NCBI GenBank assembly: GCA_002189035.1
Contig: NEEC01000013.1
Coordinates: forward strand, 2,604,001 to 2,668,000
From: Utricularia gibba
Lineage: Eukaryota; Plantae; Magnoliophyta
Reading direction: 5' to 3'
DNA: 64,000 bases
Each line of letters begins with the position of its first letter. Position 1 is the first letter of the stretch. The notes beneath the pieces were generated by a model. That model worked only from the letters and a program-made list of their open reading frames with translations. It was not told the origin of the DNA and did no database searches. Both the position numbers and the translations under genes were made by a program. This document shows, piece after piece, positions 62,136 through 64,000 of the stretch.

Positions 62136-64000
62136 TCAAGCAACGAACACTATAATTAATATAAGTAGCACCACAGCAAATATCACCAGTATCAAGCAAG
62201 TCTGCAAGTCAGAGAAGTGGAATGGTTAGAGGTTCAGGCAAACGCACTGACACTGGTTATATGACAGGCGGAATGAAGGAGATCAAGCTGAGACTATTCA
62301 CAAAAAAAAGACCAAGAAATTTGGAAACGAATGCATGGCCATCATATATGCTACTCAATCACTTAGGAAAAATTAAACACCTTATGTGTGTGGGTGCAGT
62401 TTGGCAGTGGGTGAAAAATCAATAGATCTACAAGCTAAGAAAAAAAACGCAGAGTCCAAATGCAAAATGAAAATAACACTACGGCATTGAAAACTGGGGA
62501 CAACAAAAAGAGATATGAGACATCAAGGAAACACGTGCATCTTGCATGCAAATTTAATTAAAAAAAATTCATGAGCAGCAGCTAAGCATCCGTGTTCAAC
62601 AAAAAAGCATGGCTCATAAAGGATGTTCAAAATATGCGTAGACCAGAAAATCACCAGAGATGAATTTGATTTCTGGGTCTTTGCAGCTTTGACAAGTTGA
62701 GATTTTGCTTGAGCAGTTGATGCATGCGCACCCTCAATGTTGGTTCCAATGTCATCTAGATCAAAAGGCAGATGCCCATATTAGTTGCGATACACAGGAT
62801 GTCAGAAATCCTGCCCAATACACTCACCAATCATAGTTCCTTGTTCATGAACCAGTACTGCAAGATCTTTGAAAATCTCATTTACTTCTCCGATTTGCTG
62901 CTGTATATCTTGGATCCCCTGTTCCCTTTCCTCAATTATGGCTTCATTGAAAGAAATTTCATTGTCCAAAAGCAGTACTTCTTGCCTACAAAAAGAACCT
63001 TACAGTAAGCGCAGAGCATTGCATCAAGTATAATAAAGTCGAAAAGCATGTAAGTGTAATTGAACAGCTTGAAATTGGAAGTGAAGGTCTGCTGTTCCAA
63101 TTGAAAAATGTATCCACGGCTTGGTTTCATTTTCATGACAAATTTCAAGCAATTAAAACTCAGAATTAACACTGTCTAATATGAAATTTAGACATGGACT
63201 GTTTTTTTGTAGAAAGGACAGCTATGAATTTGGAGAAATTGAAAAATCTTCTGAGATCATGATGAAGGAAAATAATTATGTATTATATCAAGTCACTACA
63301 GGCGTGTCTGCCAGCGGGTTCCACATACTTGCTGAAATCTAAGGAATTCCATCATCAATGCGGTCACTGAATATACCTTCTAGATTCCACAAGAAGAGCA
63401 CGATGTTCTGGACTCCTATCTCCATTTGCATCAGCATCACCGGCTGAGTAGCTACATGGCACATTAAATTAGTAAAAAAAAATATTGCAGCTAGTGAGAG
63501 CAGTAATCAAGGTATTCAAGAGGTCATAAGAATAATTCCAATGAAATAATCATCGATAACTTGGGGCATAAGAATATCATACCTAGATGGAAGAACGGAT
63601 TGGTAAACAAAAGGAGTATAAGCTGTCTCCCTCTCAGCAGAAAGTCGTTGAGCCTTCTGAAACTCCTTTAGTACAGCTTGAAAGTCTTTGGCAAGTTTAG
63701 CATCAGTTATTTTCTTGCTTTGCTGAAATAAAAGGAAGAATCATTCAATGATGAAAACAATTCCCAGAAATGCCTTATACTCTGAGCCCTTCTAAACTTT
63801 TAGCCGCTACTTTATGTTGAGATTTTCATTAGATTCATATTCAGATTCTACTCCAGCTTTCAAACTGAGTAAAGAACTGAATGAGCCATCAAACAGGACA
63901 CAGGCTGTACGCGGAGGATTCCATATTATACACTGTAACCAAGTACGAAAAGCATATTGAACTGGGAAACATACACTGACTTCACCCAGATGATCTGCTT
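62136..64000 (-). CDS. SYP22: Vacuolar Qa-SNARE syntaxin SYP2 family (SYP22-like), 5' part outside the window
   Basis: Exons read ADHLGEVS|[88 protein letters not shown], and [23 protein letters not shown]. Confidence 0.93.

Noticed and set aside
1-64000. tRNA, rRNA, snRNA (USE-TATA), CRISPR or intact retroelement
   Set aside because: No T-loop/cloverleaf, USE motif, spaced direct-repeat array, LTR or RT/integrase/transposase motif was seen.

Overview
Gene-dense plant (eudicot-like) nuclear DNA: 22 recognisable protein-coding genes in 64 kb (about one per 2.9 kb), mostly short introns, AT-rich spacers, and no intact transposon, tRNA, rRNA or recognisable conserved miRNA. Gene order: OGG1 (5'-truncated), LIL3, LSM6, XPF/UVH1, CBL1/9-type calcium sensor, CCDC97-like, DXO1, HINT4, AP2M, AHL, SUPERMAN/ZP1-like C2H2 zinc finger, RPL28, CAAX-protease-like, MYC2-like, PLD-delta, PLATZ, bHLH71-like, ATL RING-H2, TPR protein, RBM34/Nop12-like, SAMBA, SYP22 (5'-truncated). 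All calls come from manual translation, splice-site reading and recalled family motifs; no database search was run. I found no clearly novel multi-gene system. The most notable items are: a PLATZ gene whose conserved N-terminus starts at GTG rather than ATG; three genes (OGG1, C2H2-ZFP, ATL) each broken by a one-base-short G run, most likely long-read homopolymer errors; a probable TOM2A/tetraspanin relic; an intron in a normally intronless ATL gene; a GC-AG intron in PLD-delta; and only 157 bp between the ATL stop and the bHLH start.
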